A stretch of 64,000 nucleotides of DNA from Candidatus Bilamarchaeum dharawalense (GCA_902386555.1 CABMJJ010000009.1:245525-309524), one strand, 5' to 3'. Numbered from the stretch's first letter, positions 36,657 through 47,154 are shown. Made by a program: numbers and translations. Notes: generated by a model not told the origin, from the sequence alone.

Positions 36657-37679
36657 ATGGCGCTAACCCAGACAGAAGAAAAATTATTACGTTCCATAGT
36701 TGTACGTTCAGAAAACGATCCGGAAAATCCTGAGTTTCCGCCTAAAACCCCTAAATTTCCAGCAACACCAACCGGTAAGATAAAAGTTCCTGGTTTCTCG
36801 AATGTGTGGTTAAAGGACGAAAGCTTCAACCCAACAGGTACGCATAAGGACAGGATGGCCTGGGAGATAGTAGTCACCTATAGAAGATTTCTTCTTGCAA
36901 AAAAACTAGACCAGATGCATGGACCATTGCCGCAAATGTCCATAATATCTTCAGGATCAGCAGCAATTGCAATACAAAGCATGTTGAAGGAGTATCGTTT
37001 GCCGAACCTAAAAGTATTGATAGATAAGAACATGGAACATGGGATTATCACTTCAATGAAAAAAATAGGTTGTGAAATTTACAAAACAGATTTGAGTGTA
37101 AAGGAACTTGATTGGAAAGACATTCTGGAACTAACCAATAATCCAGATGGATATGACATAACATCCAATGAAGCATTGGATCCGAGTACACGATTTTATG
37201 ACTGGTTGAGTTACGAAGTAATAAACAACTCACCGGATTATTGTTTTGTGCCCTTTGGAACGGGAAAATTATATGAAAACATATTGAATGTTAACAAAAA
37301 AGAAGTTTCAACAACCAACCACGACCCAAGATTCAGAGGTCAAGTGAACACCCTAAGAAAGTGTAATTTCCTTGGTGCAACTACAAATAATCCAAACACC
37401 AAGGCGATAAAATTATACTCCCAACATTTGCCATTCGTTCATTATGATGAGCAATGGATCAGATTATACCATGATTCTGCCTTTTGCGGTCCTGAAACTA
37501 GTGTCCATTTACTTAAGGAAGGTTATCTTGATGATGCCATAGATATTGCAGAAGCCAACAATGTCAAATGTGAATATTCTGGCATTGCCGGACTTGCATT
37601 GATGCTCCAGCTTGGAACATACCTGCCAAAAAACAAAAAAATGCTTATCGTAAACACTGGAAAGACGAAATATCCATGA
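36657..37679 (+). CDS. PLP-dependent beta-family (threonine synthase-like) enzyme
   Basis: LKDESFNPTGTHKDRMA, SSGSAA, VPFGTG, CEYSGIAGLA, IVNTGK; SD GGAGGT. Confidence 0.85.
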   Translation: MALTQTEEKLLRSIVVRSENDPENPEFPPKTPKFPATPTGKIKVPGFSNVWLKDESFNPTGTHKDRMAWEIVVTYRRFLLAKKLDQMHGPLPQMSIISSGSAAIAIQSMLKEYRLPNLKVLIDKNMEHGIITSMKKIGCEIYKTDLSVKELDWKDILELTNNPDGYDITSNEALDPSTRFYDWLSYEVINNSPDYCFVPFGTGKLYENILNVNKKEVSTTNHDPRFRGQVNTLRKCNFLGATTNNPNTKAIKLYSQHLPFVHYDEQWIRLYHDSAFCGPETSVHLLKEGYLDDAIDIAEANNVKCEYSGIAGLALMLQLGTYLPKNKKMLIVNTGKTKYP

Positions 37680-39245
37680 TCAAAGAGAATAGATACTATT
37701 ATTGATTTTTTTGTCTTTTTCTAGTTTTTTGTTAATCTCATCCAGCACTTTTTTCTTAATTTTCAAATATTGCTCTCGTCCAACTTCCACATTACCTATG
37801 GCATATCGTTTACCCTTTATATTAAAACAAAACATGCAGTTAGACAGGCCTTCGCAATTATGACAGAACATGGAATCTGAACAATCCCTGCAGTTATCCA
37901 TCTCAAAACATCTAACAAGTTTTTGAGAGTGATAGCAGGTTATGCAGAAGCTAGAATCAAAAAGAGTGTCAAAGCCAAAGCAATTTTCTGAATTTTTTGG
38001 CCACATGCCACACCCGCAGTATTTGGATTTGACAACTGCAGATGCTTTGTAACAATGTGCCGCATTCACAGTGACAGTAGATTCGATGAAATTCTCCACA
38101 TTTCCCTCTCGAATATCCACTGTAAAGTAGGCAAGCTTGCCAATGGACTGGTGAATATTATCCAATCGGATATTCTCTGCCTCCTCCTTGCTAAATTTCA
38201 CTGTCTCACCAATCTGCCAGGCTTCATCCATGGTTACCACCACATCTTTTGGAAGAGCCTCTAGCGCGATAACATAGGGAAGCATAAGAAGTCTTTTGCC
38301 GCTGATTGCTGATTTTCTCTCCTCGATCTTATGGGCGTGGGTGTAAAGCCAGTCATCGTAATCATCAATTTTAGTTAGTTGCTTCCCAAGCACAACAGCG
38401 GAAGTATTAGTAAAAGCATCTTCAATGATTTTTTTATTCTCAAATACCTTTTGCTCTGGTTTTGGAGTAAAATTTGGCTTTTGAAGCTTGGCTTTTTTGG
38501 TGATATCAAGCAGAGATGGAAGGGATTTGTTCTGCTTCAAACAATCAACCATTTGTTCCAAGAGAGATTTTTTGATGGATAGATATTTGTCTCGGTCGAT
38601 TTCAAGATTTCCAATGCAATATTTTTTGTTTTTTAGGTGAAATGAAAAGAGACAGTTTGAACAGCCATTGAGATTTGAAATGTAATAGCAGTCAGAGCAG
38701 TTTTGAGCAGACCAGACCTCAAAAGAACGCTTAACTGCAAACGTCTGAGTACAGCGTATACAAAATTCTGTGTCCCCAGGACCGTGAACACCAAAACAAT
38801 TACTACTGTCTCGTCCAACTGTACAGTAGGCAAGGTATTTGGAATTCATGAATTGGGCAGTATCGGTCACAAAATGGCAATCAGTAAGATTTGCACTTCT
38901 TTCCACATGGCTTGAATTGCCTAGGACAGTGTTCCCACAATAGTAAACCCTATCAGAAATGGCCTGGGTGAGAGATTCAAGATCTTTTATTTCATTGATA
39001 TCAAGCTCGAACTTTTGGTTAAAGTTCACTTCGTCAAAACTGATGAACTTTGCATTTTTGGGGTATTCTTTTATGGAAAATGCAACATCCTTCCCAGATA
39101 CATTGGATTTTCGAATAACATTGGAATCGATCAGGCCGGAAAGCCATTTTGAATAATCCGTGAGTTCGCCTACTTCCTGACCGAAAAGAAGATTGCATGT
39201 CTTTTTCCAGGATTGGTTCAGGATGGTATAGGTTTCAGATGCCAT
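37680..39245 (-). CDS. Cys-rich repeat protein, fused A+B
   Basis: SWKKTCNLLFGQEVGEL (A), LPSLLDI, IEDAFTNTS (B), WPKNS, CMFCFNIKGKRYAIGN. Confidence 0.88.
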   Translation of the reverse strand: MASETYTILNQSWKKTCNLLFGQEVGELTDYSKWLSGLIDSNVIRKSNVSGKDVAFSIKEYPKNAKFISFDEVNFNQKFELDINEIKDLESLTQAISDRVYYCGNTVLGNSSHVERSANLTDCHFVTDTAQFMNSKYLAYCTVGRDSSNCFGVHGPGDTEFCIRCTQTFAVKRSFEVWSAQNCSDCYYISNLNGCSNCLFSFHLKNKKYCIGNLEIDRDKYLSIKKSLLEQMVDCLKQNKSLPSLLDITKKAKLQKPNFTPKPEQKVFENKKIIEDAFTNTSAVVLGKQLTKIDDYDDWLYTHAHKIEERKSAISGKRLLMLPYVIALEALPKDVVVTMDEAWQIGETVKFSKEEAENIRLDNIHQSIGKLAYFTVDIREGNVENFIESTVTVNAAHCYKASAVVKSKYCGCGMWPKNSENCFGFDTLFDSSFCITCYHSQKLVRCFEMDNCRDCSDSMFCHNCEGLSNCMFCFNIKGKRYAIGNVEVGREQYLKIKKKVLDEINKKLEKDKKINNSIYSL

Positions 39246-40020
39246 GAATTCCGCCTCCCAAATTGTAGATATTCAACTCCAATCTTTTGTTTTTTTCGAT
39301 TTTCTCGGCAATTTCGCCAATTATTTTGTTTTTTATCTTCAGATATGTTTCTCTTCCAAGCTCAACATTCATTATTGCATATCTAAGCGATTTTGCGTTA
39401 AAACAAAACATACAGTTATTCAGATTTTCACAATTGTGACAGAAATAGCAATCAGTACAATTGCTGCAGTCACTTAGTTCAAAACATCTAGCTAATTTTA
39501 CAGAATTATAACATTTCATTGAAAAGTTAGAGGCAAAAAGGAAATGACCGCCAAAGCAGTATTCTGATTCACGTGGCCAGAAGCAGTAGGCATCGCATTT
39601 GGAATAGATATACCATACTCCGTCCAAACAGTGCTGGGCATGCATAAATGTTGAGGTTTTCCTAAGATCTTGGTTATTACCAAGCATGACATCTGAAGTC
39701 ACATATTTAATGCCATTTAACTTTTCAGAAGCATTTGCCAGTGTTATCATCTTAGCATCATTTTCAGACAGCTGTTTCTTACCAAGTTCCAGAGATTCTT
39801 CCAGGGTTACCATGTTCTTTTTTATTGAATTAAAAAACAAAATGTCTGGCACGTAAACAATGTTGTCGCTAGCTTGAGACTTGATGTGAAGAGCTTTACT
39901 AACATTTTCCAAGAGCCATTCCCGATAGCTTTCAACGCCAGCAAGTTTCTTGCCAAGAAGAATGAAGGAAGTTTCCTGGAAAGCACGCTCGATTTCATCC
40001 ATGAACATCACCGTTGACAA
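39235..40020 (-). CDS. Cys-rich repeat protein, B module
   Basis: IERAFQETSFILLGKKL, FWPRES, CMFCFNAK, LNIYNLGG. Confidence 0.88.
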   Translation of the reverse strand: MSTVMFMDEIERAFQETSFILLGKKLAGVESYREWLLENVSKALHIKSQASDNIVYVPDILFFNSIKKNMVTLEESLELGKKQLSENDAKMITLANASEKLNGIKYVTSDVMLGNNQDLRKTSTFMHAQHCLDGVWYIYSKCDAYCFWPRESEYCFGGHFLFASNFSMKCYNSVKLARCFELSDCSNCTDCYFCHNCENLNNCMFCFNAKSLRYAIMNVELGRETYLKIKNKIIGEIAEKIEKNKRLELNIYNLGGGIHGI

Positions 40021-40771
40021 TGTCTATCAAAGATGGCAACGCTTTCTTTGATTTGAGAGTATCACGCATGTCGCAGATTAATTTTTCCTTTAGCTTATGG
40101 TATTCTTCAGAGCTGAATTGGCAATTGCCAATCAGATAGCTCTTGTTTCTCTGATTAAATGAAAACATGCAATTGGTACAATTTTCTAAACTTCCTGTGA
40201 AATAACAATCAGAAGCAACATAATTTCTGATGGTTTCCATGCATCGTACATTCTTGTAGGTTTCAAAAGTCTTGATATTGAACTTGCTTGCTTCCCCAAT
40301 GGCATTGCCACCAAAAATATACTCTGCAAATCTTAGTACTGAGGAATAGGCAACAAACTTGCAATCGTAAACATCTTGTGTTTTGTAGATAAATGAGGAA
40401 TTTATGCATCTGTTGGAAGTTTCGACCTGACGCGAATTGCCAAGAACAACATTGCCAATGTAGAATGCCTTTTCCTTTGCCACTGCGATGATGGAGTCCA
40501 GATCTTTTACATCATCGATGTTGAATTTGGCCTTGCCAACTTCTCTCATATACTGATCCATTTCGTCAAGACTAAGGAATTTGGAACCACTAGGGACTTT
40601 ATCAGATGAGACAATAACGTCTTTTCCAGAAATTGCTGATTTTTTCATTCCGAATGGTTCAACATATCGCAAAAGCCATTCTTCGTAGTTTTTGAGCTCG
40701 CCCAGCTCGTCTCCTAGCAATACTTTGCAGGTTTTTTTCCAAGCAGTATTTATTTCCGGGTTCATATTCAC
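39995..40771 (-). CDS. Cys-rich repeat protein, A module
   Basis: AWKKTCKVLLGDELGEL, IDDVKDLDS, YIGNVVLGNS, LPSLIDI. Confidence 0.88.
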   Translation of the reverse strand: MNMNPEINTAWKKTCKVLLGDELGELKNYEEWLLRYVEPFGMKKSAISGKDVIVSSDKVPSGSKFLSLDEMDQYMREVGKAKFNIDDVKDLDSIIAVAKEKAFYIGNVVLGNSRQVETSNRCINSSFIYKTQDVYDCKFVAYSSVLRFAEYIFGGNAIGEASKFNIKTFETYKNVRCMETIRNYVASDCYFTGSLENCTNCMFSFNQRNKSYLIGNCQFSSEEYHKLKEKLICDMRDTLKSKKALPSLIDIVNGDVHG

Positions 40772-41550
40772 TGCCCCACATTGAAAATGTTTAATTTCAG
40801 GCCTTTTGTTTGCTCCAGTTCCTTGTGAATGTAGCCCAAAACCATTTGTTTTATCTCCATATACCTGTCTCTGCCAACTTCTACATTGCAGATGGCATAC
40901 CTCTTGGCTTTTACATTAAAGCAGAACATGCAATTGTTCAAATTCTCGCAATTATGGCAGAACAGGGAATCGGTACAATTGGTGCAATCGCTCATCTCAA
41001 AGCAACGATTGAGATTTTCAGAATTGTAGCATTTAATACAAAACTGAGATGAAAATGTGTAGAAGGTACCAATGCTGTAATCAGATTGTCTTGGCCAGAA
41101 GCAATAGTAGCAGTATTTTGATCGAACCATGGCAACGGATTTGTAGCAATAATGGGAAGAATAGTAGAAATCACAATCAATAAGGTTGCTGCACTCTCCA
41201 TATTTGGTATTAGGAGTAACTGTGGACAGTTTTTGCAGAGTGTTTTTTGCATTGGAAAGATTTAGTTGTTCGAGATCAGCTGGGGAAAGCTGCTTTTTAC
41301 CCTGGATATCATAGCCTTCTTCAATGGTAAGAATATTGTGTTTTATATCTCTGTAAAAATCAAATGGCGGAAGATAGATTTTCTCCCTACTCATCACTGA
41401 CTCTCCATATTCATTTGTGGAAACATTTTCGGTGAGCCATTTTTCGTAGTCTCTGAAATTACCCAGTTTTTTTCCTAAAACAACTGACGTGATGGTTTGG
41501 AAAGTCTTCTCCAAATCAGCTTCTAACTTTGAATCAACCATTCCAATCAC
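40768..41550 (-). CDS. Cys-rich repeat protein, B module
   Basis: LEKTFQTITSVVLGKKL, FWPRQS, CMFCFNVKAKRYAICN, LNIFNVG. Confidence 0.88.
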   Translation of the reverse strand: MIGMVDSKLEADLEKTFQTITSVVLGKKLGNFRDYEKWLTENVSTNEYGESVMSREKIYLPPFDFYRDIKHNILTIEEGYDIQGKKQLSPADLEQLNLSNAKNTLQKLSTVTPNTKYGECSNLIDCDFYYSSHYCYKSVAMVRSKYCYYCFWPRQSDYSIGTFYTFSSQFCIKCYNSENLNRCFEMSDCTNCTDSLFCHNCENLNNCMFCFNVKAKRYAICNVEVGRDRYMEIKQMVLGYIHKELEQTKGLKLNIFNVGQ

Positions 41551-42322
41551 CTTTTCCGCTGAGAATCTGAATTACAGATGGTAGTTTTTTCTTTTTCTTC
41601 AATTCATCTGCAAATTCTTTGACCAATTTGGCCTTGAGACTAGCGTATTTGTCCTTTGCAAGTGGCACATTCCCAATGAGATAGTGTTTATTTCTTTGAT
41701 TGAAGGAGAAGATGCAATTGGTGCAATCTTCAAGACTTGCCGAGTAATAGCTATCTGATGCAACGTTGCAGTGATAGGTTTCCAAGCATCTAATCTGTTT
41801 GTGTGGATCAAGGACTTTTATGCAGAATTGGATCTCTCCACCAAAACAGCATCCGAATGAATATTCGGGGCTGCGGATAGATGTTGTATAAGCAACATAT
41901 TTCCCATCGTAAACATCCTGACAACCGATGGCATAGACAGTATTGACACAGCGATGGGAATTGAGAATGTTACTTGAATTGCCCAAAACAATGTTTCCTG
42001 CATAAACCACCTTTTCCTTTGTAGCACGGACAAGAGAATCGATATCTTTGATGTCATTTATGTTAAAAGGCAAGGAGGCGGTTTTTTTAGCATAGGCTTC
42101 CATTTCGTTGTGTCCAATAACCCTTGCTGTTTTCGGAACCCGATTGGATGAGATGGTAACATCGGTTCCAGATAGGATAGATTTCCTTTTCACTATGGGA
42201 TCGGTATAGATCTTGAGATAGTCAGCAAAACTGTTTAGATCTCCAATTTCTTCCCCAAGAAGAACTTTGCAAGTAGACCGCCAGGATTTGTCAAGTTGGG
42301 CCAAAATCAAAGTATCAGTCAT
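41534..42322 (-). CDS. Cys-rich repeat protein, A module
   Basis: SWRSTCKVLLGEEIGDL, INDIKDIDSL, YAGNIVLGNS, LPSVIQI; start MTDTL at 42322. Confidence 0.88.
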   Translation of the reverse strand: MTDTLILAQLDKSWRSTCKVLLGEEIGDLNSFADYLKIYTDPIVKRKSILSGTDVTISSNRVPKTARVIGHNEMEAYAKKTASLPFNINDIKDIDSLVRATKEKVVYAGNIVLGNSSNILNSHRCVNTVYAIGCQDVYDGKYVAYTTSIRSPEYSFGCCFGGEIQFCIKVLDPHKQIRCLETYHCNVASDSYYSASLEDCTNCIFSFNQRNKHYLIGNVPLAKDKYASLKAKLVKEFADELKKKKKLPSVIQILSGKGDWNG

Positions 42323-43115
42323 GTTTTTCACCTGGTTTCCCAATGGAGTAGATATCAAAATCTAATGCTCTTGTTTTCATCAACTGGCTTGTGATTGTTT
42401 GTAAAAGAATTTTTTTCACGCGCATGTATTGCTCCCGCCCAACTTCTATATTTCCAATTGCATATCGTTTGTTTTTCACATTAAAACAAAACATGCAGTC
42501 GGTCAGGCCTTCGGAATTGTGACAAAACAAAATATCACTGGAATGGTAACAGCCGTCTACCTCGAATGCACGGGTAACTTTAACTGAATTGTAGGTATGG
42601 ATACAGAATTGGGAATATGGGGTGTTGTGACAACCGAACATATTCTGGGAGTACATTGTGTAGTTGGAATATGCCACGTTCTTTATGCCGCCATAAAGAT
42701 CATCACCATAATAGAGAAACATACCGTCACCTGCACCGCCGCATTTGTCAACATTGGTATAGGTTCTCCACCGGTAGTTGCCAATCGCATAGGCAATTGG
42801 AGTAACTATTCGGGTCATCATGTCTTTGAGATCAGAACTTTTAATGTCATCAAAAGTAAATTTGGTTTGGTTTACCATGCCCATTTCTTCCATGGAAATT
42901 GATCGTTTTGTAGAAATTTTCCTTCCCATGAAGTTTAGTGTTGGAAAATTCCACACGATCTTGTCACTAACTGCGGATTTGGCTGGATGGGGAAGTGGAA
43001 TGTGTTTTCCAAGCCAAGAGCCATAATCATCAATACCACTAAGAGATTCGCCAAGAAGGATGCGGGTGGTATTTGAAAATTCCTTTTCCAGTTCAGGCCA
43101 GACCATTTTAGCCAC
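42315..43115 (-). CDS. Cys-rich repeat protein, B module
   Basis: LEKEFSNTTRILLG, CMFCFNVKNKRYAIGN, FDIYSIG. Confidence 0.88.
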   Translation of the reverse strand: MAKMVWPELEKEFSNTTRILLGESLSGIDDYGSWLGKHIPLPHPAKSAVSDKIVWNFPTLNFMGRKISTKRSISMEEMGMVNQTKFTFDDIKSSDLKDMMTRIVTPIAYAIGNYRWRTYTNVDKCGGAGDGMFLYYGDDLYGGIKNVAYSNYTMYSQNMFGCHNTPYSQFCIHTYNSVKVTRAFEVDGCYHSSDILFCHNSEGLTDCMFCFNVKNKRYAIGNIEVGREQYMRVKKILLQTITSQLMKTRALDFDIYSIGKPGEKHD

Positions 43116-43881
43116 CCCTCTCTTCGCCGATGATATCCATTATGGAAACTGTTCGGTGCTTTTTTTTCAAGTCCTGTGCCATTTCTGAAATAAGCTTTGC
43201 TTTCAAAGCAGCATACTGTTCCTTGCTTAACTGTACATTCCCAATCATGTTTCTTTTGGCATGCACATTGAATGTGAACATACAATCTGACGAACCGTTT
43301 GCATTATGGCAGAAATAACAATCAGAGCTGCTGACAGTAAGGCTACACTCAAAACAGCGCTTAAGCGAATTGTTATAGAGACATCGTACCAGCATGGAAC
43401 TGTCCCCACTTGAAGTTGAGGCAAAACAATAGTCGTTGTTTCTCAGCATGTAGCAGTAGGCGATATATTTTCCATTTACAATCATGGATGAATCCAGAAC
43501 ATAATTGCTATCTGTAATATTATCTGAATTTTCAACAAACTTCGAGTTGCCAAGCACTTTGTTGCCACTGTAGATAAATTTTTCTTCAACTGCCTCAAAA
43601 AGAGAATCAATGTCCCTGATCTGGTTAACATCAATTGGTTTTGATAGGATGGTTGCACCAGTGATTTCGTCATTGTAATCAAAGAATTTGGCTTCTTTAG
43701 GATAATGATTGGAAGTAACGAATATGTTTTTTCCAGAAATAATGGATTTCACTGATTTGCCAACCAGTGGTTCTTTCAAATAATCATAATAGTCCTTCAT
43801 CTCACCCAATGGCTCCCCGAATAGTACTTTTGTTGTTGATTTCCAAGACTGATTAATTACATCATAAGCTTTGTCCGCCAT
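43108..43881 (-). CDS. Cys-rich repeat protein, A module
   Basis: SWKSTTKVLFGEPLGEM, VNQIRDIDSL, YSGNKVLGNS, VSIMDII. Confidence 0.88.
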   Translation of the reverse strand: MADKAYDVINQSWKSTTKVLFGEPLGEMKDYYDYLKEPLVGKSVKSIISGKNIFVTSNHYPKEAKFFDYNDEITGATILSKPIDVNQIRDIDSLFEAVEEKFIYSGNKVLGNSKFVENSDNITDSNYVLDSSMIVNGKYIAYCYMLRNNDYCFASTSSGDSSMLVRCLYNNSLKRCFECSLTVSSSDCYFCHNANGSSDCMFTFNVHAKRNMIGNVQLSKEQYAALKAKLISEMAQDLKKKHRTVSIMDIIGEERGG

Positions 43882-45461
43882 AGTCTCTTCCTCCCTCCAC
43901 CGAGAGTAAAGATATCCAAACCAAGTTCCTTATTTTTTTCAAGTTCATCAAGAATCTGGTTCAGTACTGCTGCTCGTATGGATTTGTATTTGTCTGGTGC
44001 AAGTGCACCGTTGCCAATTGCATAGCGTAGGTTTTTTGCATTAAAACAGAACATACTGTCTCTGACATTTTCACAATTATGGGCAAAATAAACGTCTGAG
44101 CAATTGTTGGAGGCATCTACTTCAAATGCTCTGGAAAGATTAACCGAATAATATGTGTGAAGACAGAAACTGGAGGTGAATGAAAGCCCGCAGCCATACA
44201 TATATTTTGAATTTCTTGGCCAGTAGGAAAATGCAACATTATCATTGAAAGATGCAATTGGACAGTAATAGCAATTTACTGAAGTATTGCATAATGGAAC
44301 AACAATAAGATTTTTTGTTTCTCCAAGCTGGCCTTCTGGATTGAAATATGCTATTTTGCCAATTGATTTTGACAGACTAGAGATCGAATCGATGTCTTCA
44401 ACATCAAGTTGCATGTTTTCGCCCAACTCCCAGTTCTCCCATTGCGTGACCAGACGATCTCTGGAATAAAGATGGAACGGGGATGTTTCACCAAGATAGA
44501 CGGTTTTTCCACTTGCCAGGGACTTTTCCTCGCTGATGTGGGGGACATGCCTCAGAAGCCATTCCTTGTAATCATCAATTTTTTCTAGTTGCTTGCCAAA
44601 AAGTAATGATGTTGTTTTCTGGAATCCCAATTCAATTGGTTCTTTGTTCTTCTGATCCCTATCACCGGAAGGACTGAACCCTTTTGGAACCTCTAGTGCC
44701 TTGCAGCTTTTGGATGCGAATTCCATAAGCGACGGGAGTTTTTTCTTTTTTTCAAATTCGCCTCTCAATTCCTCAAGAAGTTTTGCCTTTAGAGACAGGT
44801 ATTTATCTTTTGAAAGTTGGATATTGCCAATAACATTTCGCTTGTTCTTTAGATTGAATGAGAATAGAACATCTTGAGAGCCCTGGACACATGAACTGAA
44901 ATAGCAGTCACTTGAATCATAGCACTTCCAAGCTTCTAGACATCTTGATTGCTTATGGGTTTCAAATGCCCTTACGGTGCTGGTAGTGAAAGCATCGCTG
45001 ACTACACCAAAAAGATATTTGCTTCCTCTACAATAGGAGCAGTATGCCATGTATTCTGAATCATAGATAAAATTGGAATTGTAAACATAAAATGAATTCT
45101 GAACGTCGGAACTCTTTTCCACATGCTTGGAATTAGCAAGAACAACATTGCCACAGTAATAAAGCCGTTCTTCTAAGGCATCTAAAATCGAATCTATATC
45201 TTTTACCTGGTTAATGTTCAATGGCTCCTGTTTTTTCCCATAATCAACTTCGTCTAATGAGAGGAATTTGGCATTGTCAGCATAGTCTGAGACTGCACAA
45301 TACACTTCTTTTCCCGAAAATGCAGACTGTTTGTTTTTAAGTGGAACAAGACCTTCAGAAAGCCAATCTGCATAATCGTCAATATCACCAACTTCCGCAC
45401 CAAGAAGAACTTTCATGGTTGATTTCCATGAACGATTAATTGCATCCTTTGTTTGGTTCAT
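43857..45461 (-). CDS. Cys-rich repeat protein, fused A+B
   Basis: SWKSTMKVLLG (A), LPSLMEF, IELGFQKTT (B), YWPRNS, LDIFTLGG. Confidence 0.88.
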   Translation of the reverse strand: MNQTKDAINRSWKSTMKVLLGAEVGDIDDYADWLSEGLVPLKNKQSAFSGKEVYCAVSDYADNAKFLSLDEVDYGKKQEPLNINQVKDIDSILDALEERLYYCGNVVLANSKHVEKSSDVQNSFYVYNSNFIYDSEYMAYCSYCRGSKYLFGVVSDAFTTSTVRAFETHKQSRCLEAWKCYDSSDCYFSSCVQGSQDVLFSFNLKNKRNVIGNIQLSKDKYLSLKAKLLEELRGEFEKKKKLPSLMEFASKSCKALEVPKGFSPSGDRDQKNKEPIELGFQKTTSLLFGKQLEKIDDYKEWLLRHVPHISEEKSLASGKTVYLGETSPFHLYSRDRLVTQWENWELGENMQLDVEDIDSISSLSKSIGKIAYFNPEGQLGETKNLIVVPLCNTSVNCYYCPIASFNDNVAFSYWPRNSKYMYGCGLSFTSSFCLHTYYSVNLSRAFEVDASNNCSDVYFAHNCENVRDSMFCFNAKNLRYAIGNGALAPDKYKSIRAAVLNQILDELEKNKELGLDIFTLGGGRKRLWRTKLMM

Positions 45462-47023
45462 TTCATCCCACCTATTGTGAAAATGCTAAACCGGCAGTTC
45501 TTCTTCTGGAGAATTTCTGAACTAAGCTGCTCAAGAACAGATTCTTTGATTTTTGAATAATCAGCTTGGGGCAGGGATGTGTTCCCGATGGCATGTCGCT
45601 TACCTTTCACATTAAAACAAAACATCGAATCAGTTAGCCCTTCTGAATTATGGCAAAACAATGCATCTGCGCATTTGGTAGAGGTATCAACTTCCAAACA
45701 GCGGCTTAGGTACAGAGAATTATGGCAGTTGATGCAGAATTCAGAATTCATATTGCGGTAGCCACCAAAGATATACTTGGAACTGAACGCTGACGATATG
45801 ACCCCCAAATTCTCGCTTTGAACAATGTCAAAGCCCTTGTAGATATTATTTGTGTAGTAGACCAAAGGAGACTGGATCGTGTTTTTGTTTACGCCATCCA
45901 GAATTTCTACTGAGAAATAGGCAATCTGACCAAGCTGGGAAGTGATGGAATCAATCGACCCTAGAGCAGACTGGTCCATGACGATCTTGCCCAGTTCCAG
46001 CCCTTCGTTTAAAGTCACAAAAAGGTCTTTTGGAAATAATGAAATGGCATAAAGATCTGGATGGGAGGGACGGTAGGTTGTGCTGCCAAACATGGTTTGT
46101 ATTGGTTCCATCTTCATTTTTTCAGAGGCAAGCCAGTTTTCATATTCTGTGATTGACCCCGGCTCTTTTTTCAGAATAATTTTGAAGGTGGATGCAAAAC
46201 TTTTCTCAATGGGTTTCATATCACTGCTTTCCTGTTTTTTTGGAACAGAAATTGGAGGTTTTTTTCCAGATTTGCTTCTGTTTACAAGTTCAAACAATGA
46301 TGGATATTTTTTGTTGGTTTTTAGCGACTGGATAACTTCGGAAAGAAGTTTCTTTTTCAAGTCAAAGTATTTATCTCGTGAAAGTTGGACATTGCCTATC
46401 TTGTGTTTCTGGTTTCTTTGAAAAAAGCAGAACATTAACTCGCTAGAATTCACGCATTGGTTTGAAAAGTAAAGATCGCTACAATCACCAATAATATGAC
46501 TTTCGAAAATTCGCTTGCAATTGAATCCGCCGAAAAACCGTATGGTAAATTCTGTCTTCCCAAACCAGCCTGATCCGAAAATGTTCTTGCTACCAAGGCG
46601 GATAAGCGAGGAATAGAAGACATTTGTCGATTCTGAGACATTCAAAGAATTTGCAACATAATTGGAATCCATCACAAGATCAGATGATTCTACGAATTTT
46701 GAATTTCCTAGAACTCTGTTACCGGTGTAGGCCCATTCCTCTGAAACTGCACGAACTAGAGAGTCTATGTCTTTGATATCGTTGATGCTTAATGGTTTGG
46801 ATGTTGAGATTTCATCTGCTGAGATTACGTTTGCCAACTTAGAATAGTCTGATGCAAGGTAAACTTCCTTGCCAGAAATAGCAGATTTAGAAATTTGTGG
46901 TTTGGGGCAGTATTCTGCCAACCAGTCCTCATAGTCTCTAAGCTCGCCCAGTTCCTCTCCTAGAAGAATCTTGCACGTAGACTTCCAGGATCGGTTGAGT
47001 GCTGAGTAGAGCTCGGAATTCAT
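45458..47023 (-). CDS. Cys-rich repeat protein, fused A+B (first gene of the operon)
   Basis: SWKSTCKILLGEELGEL (A), YPSLFEL, IEKSFAST (B), FSIFTIGG. Confidence 0.88.
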   Translation of the reverse strand: MNSELYSALNRSWKSTCKILLGEELGELRDYEDWLAEYCPKPQISKSAISGKEVYLASDYSKLANVISADEISTSKPLSINDIKDIDSLVRAVSEEWAYTGNRVLGNSKFVESSDLVMDSNYVANSLNVSESTNVFYSSLIRLGSKNIFGSGWFGKTEFTIRFFGGFNCKRIFESHIIGDCSDLYFSNQCVNSSELMFCFFQRNQKHKIGNVQLSRDKYFDLKKKLLSEVIQSLKTNKKYPSLFELVNRSKSGKKPPISVPKKQESSDMKPIEKSFASTFKIILKKEPGSITEYENWLASEKMKMEPIQTMFGSTTYRPSHPDLYAISLFPKDLFVTLNEGLELGKIVMDQSALGSIDSITSQLGQIAYFSVEILDGVNKNTIQSPLVYYTNNIYKGFDIVQSENLGVISSAFSSKYIFGGYRNMNSEFCINCHNSLYLSRCLEVDTSTKCADALFCHNSEGLTDSMFCFNVKGKRHAIGNTSLPQADYSKIKESVLEQLSSEILQKKNCRFSIFTIGGMK

Positions 47024-47043
47024 GTACTACTACGCTCTGTAAC

Positions 47044-47078
47044 TATATAATAGAATAACACCGTTGTAGGACGGTTTT
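47044..47078 (-). promoter_or_regulatory. operator-like box plus TATA for the Cys-rich operon
   Basis: AAAACCGTCCTACAACGGT (ACCGT-N6-ACGGT), then TTATATA 27 nt before ATG 47023. Confidence 0.7.
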
Positions 47079-47154
47079 GATTTGATTGAGGGATTCGGAA
47101 ACCCCTTCAACCCCACATTCAATCGACTCGAACGCAGATTACAAACCCCGAAAA

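Noticed and set aside
37680-47023. Cys-rich array as a diversity-generating retroelement target
   Set aside because: No reverse transcriptase in the window, and no near-identical TR/VR pair with adenine-specific differences was seen; paralogues are diverged throughout.
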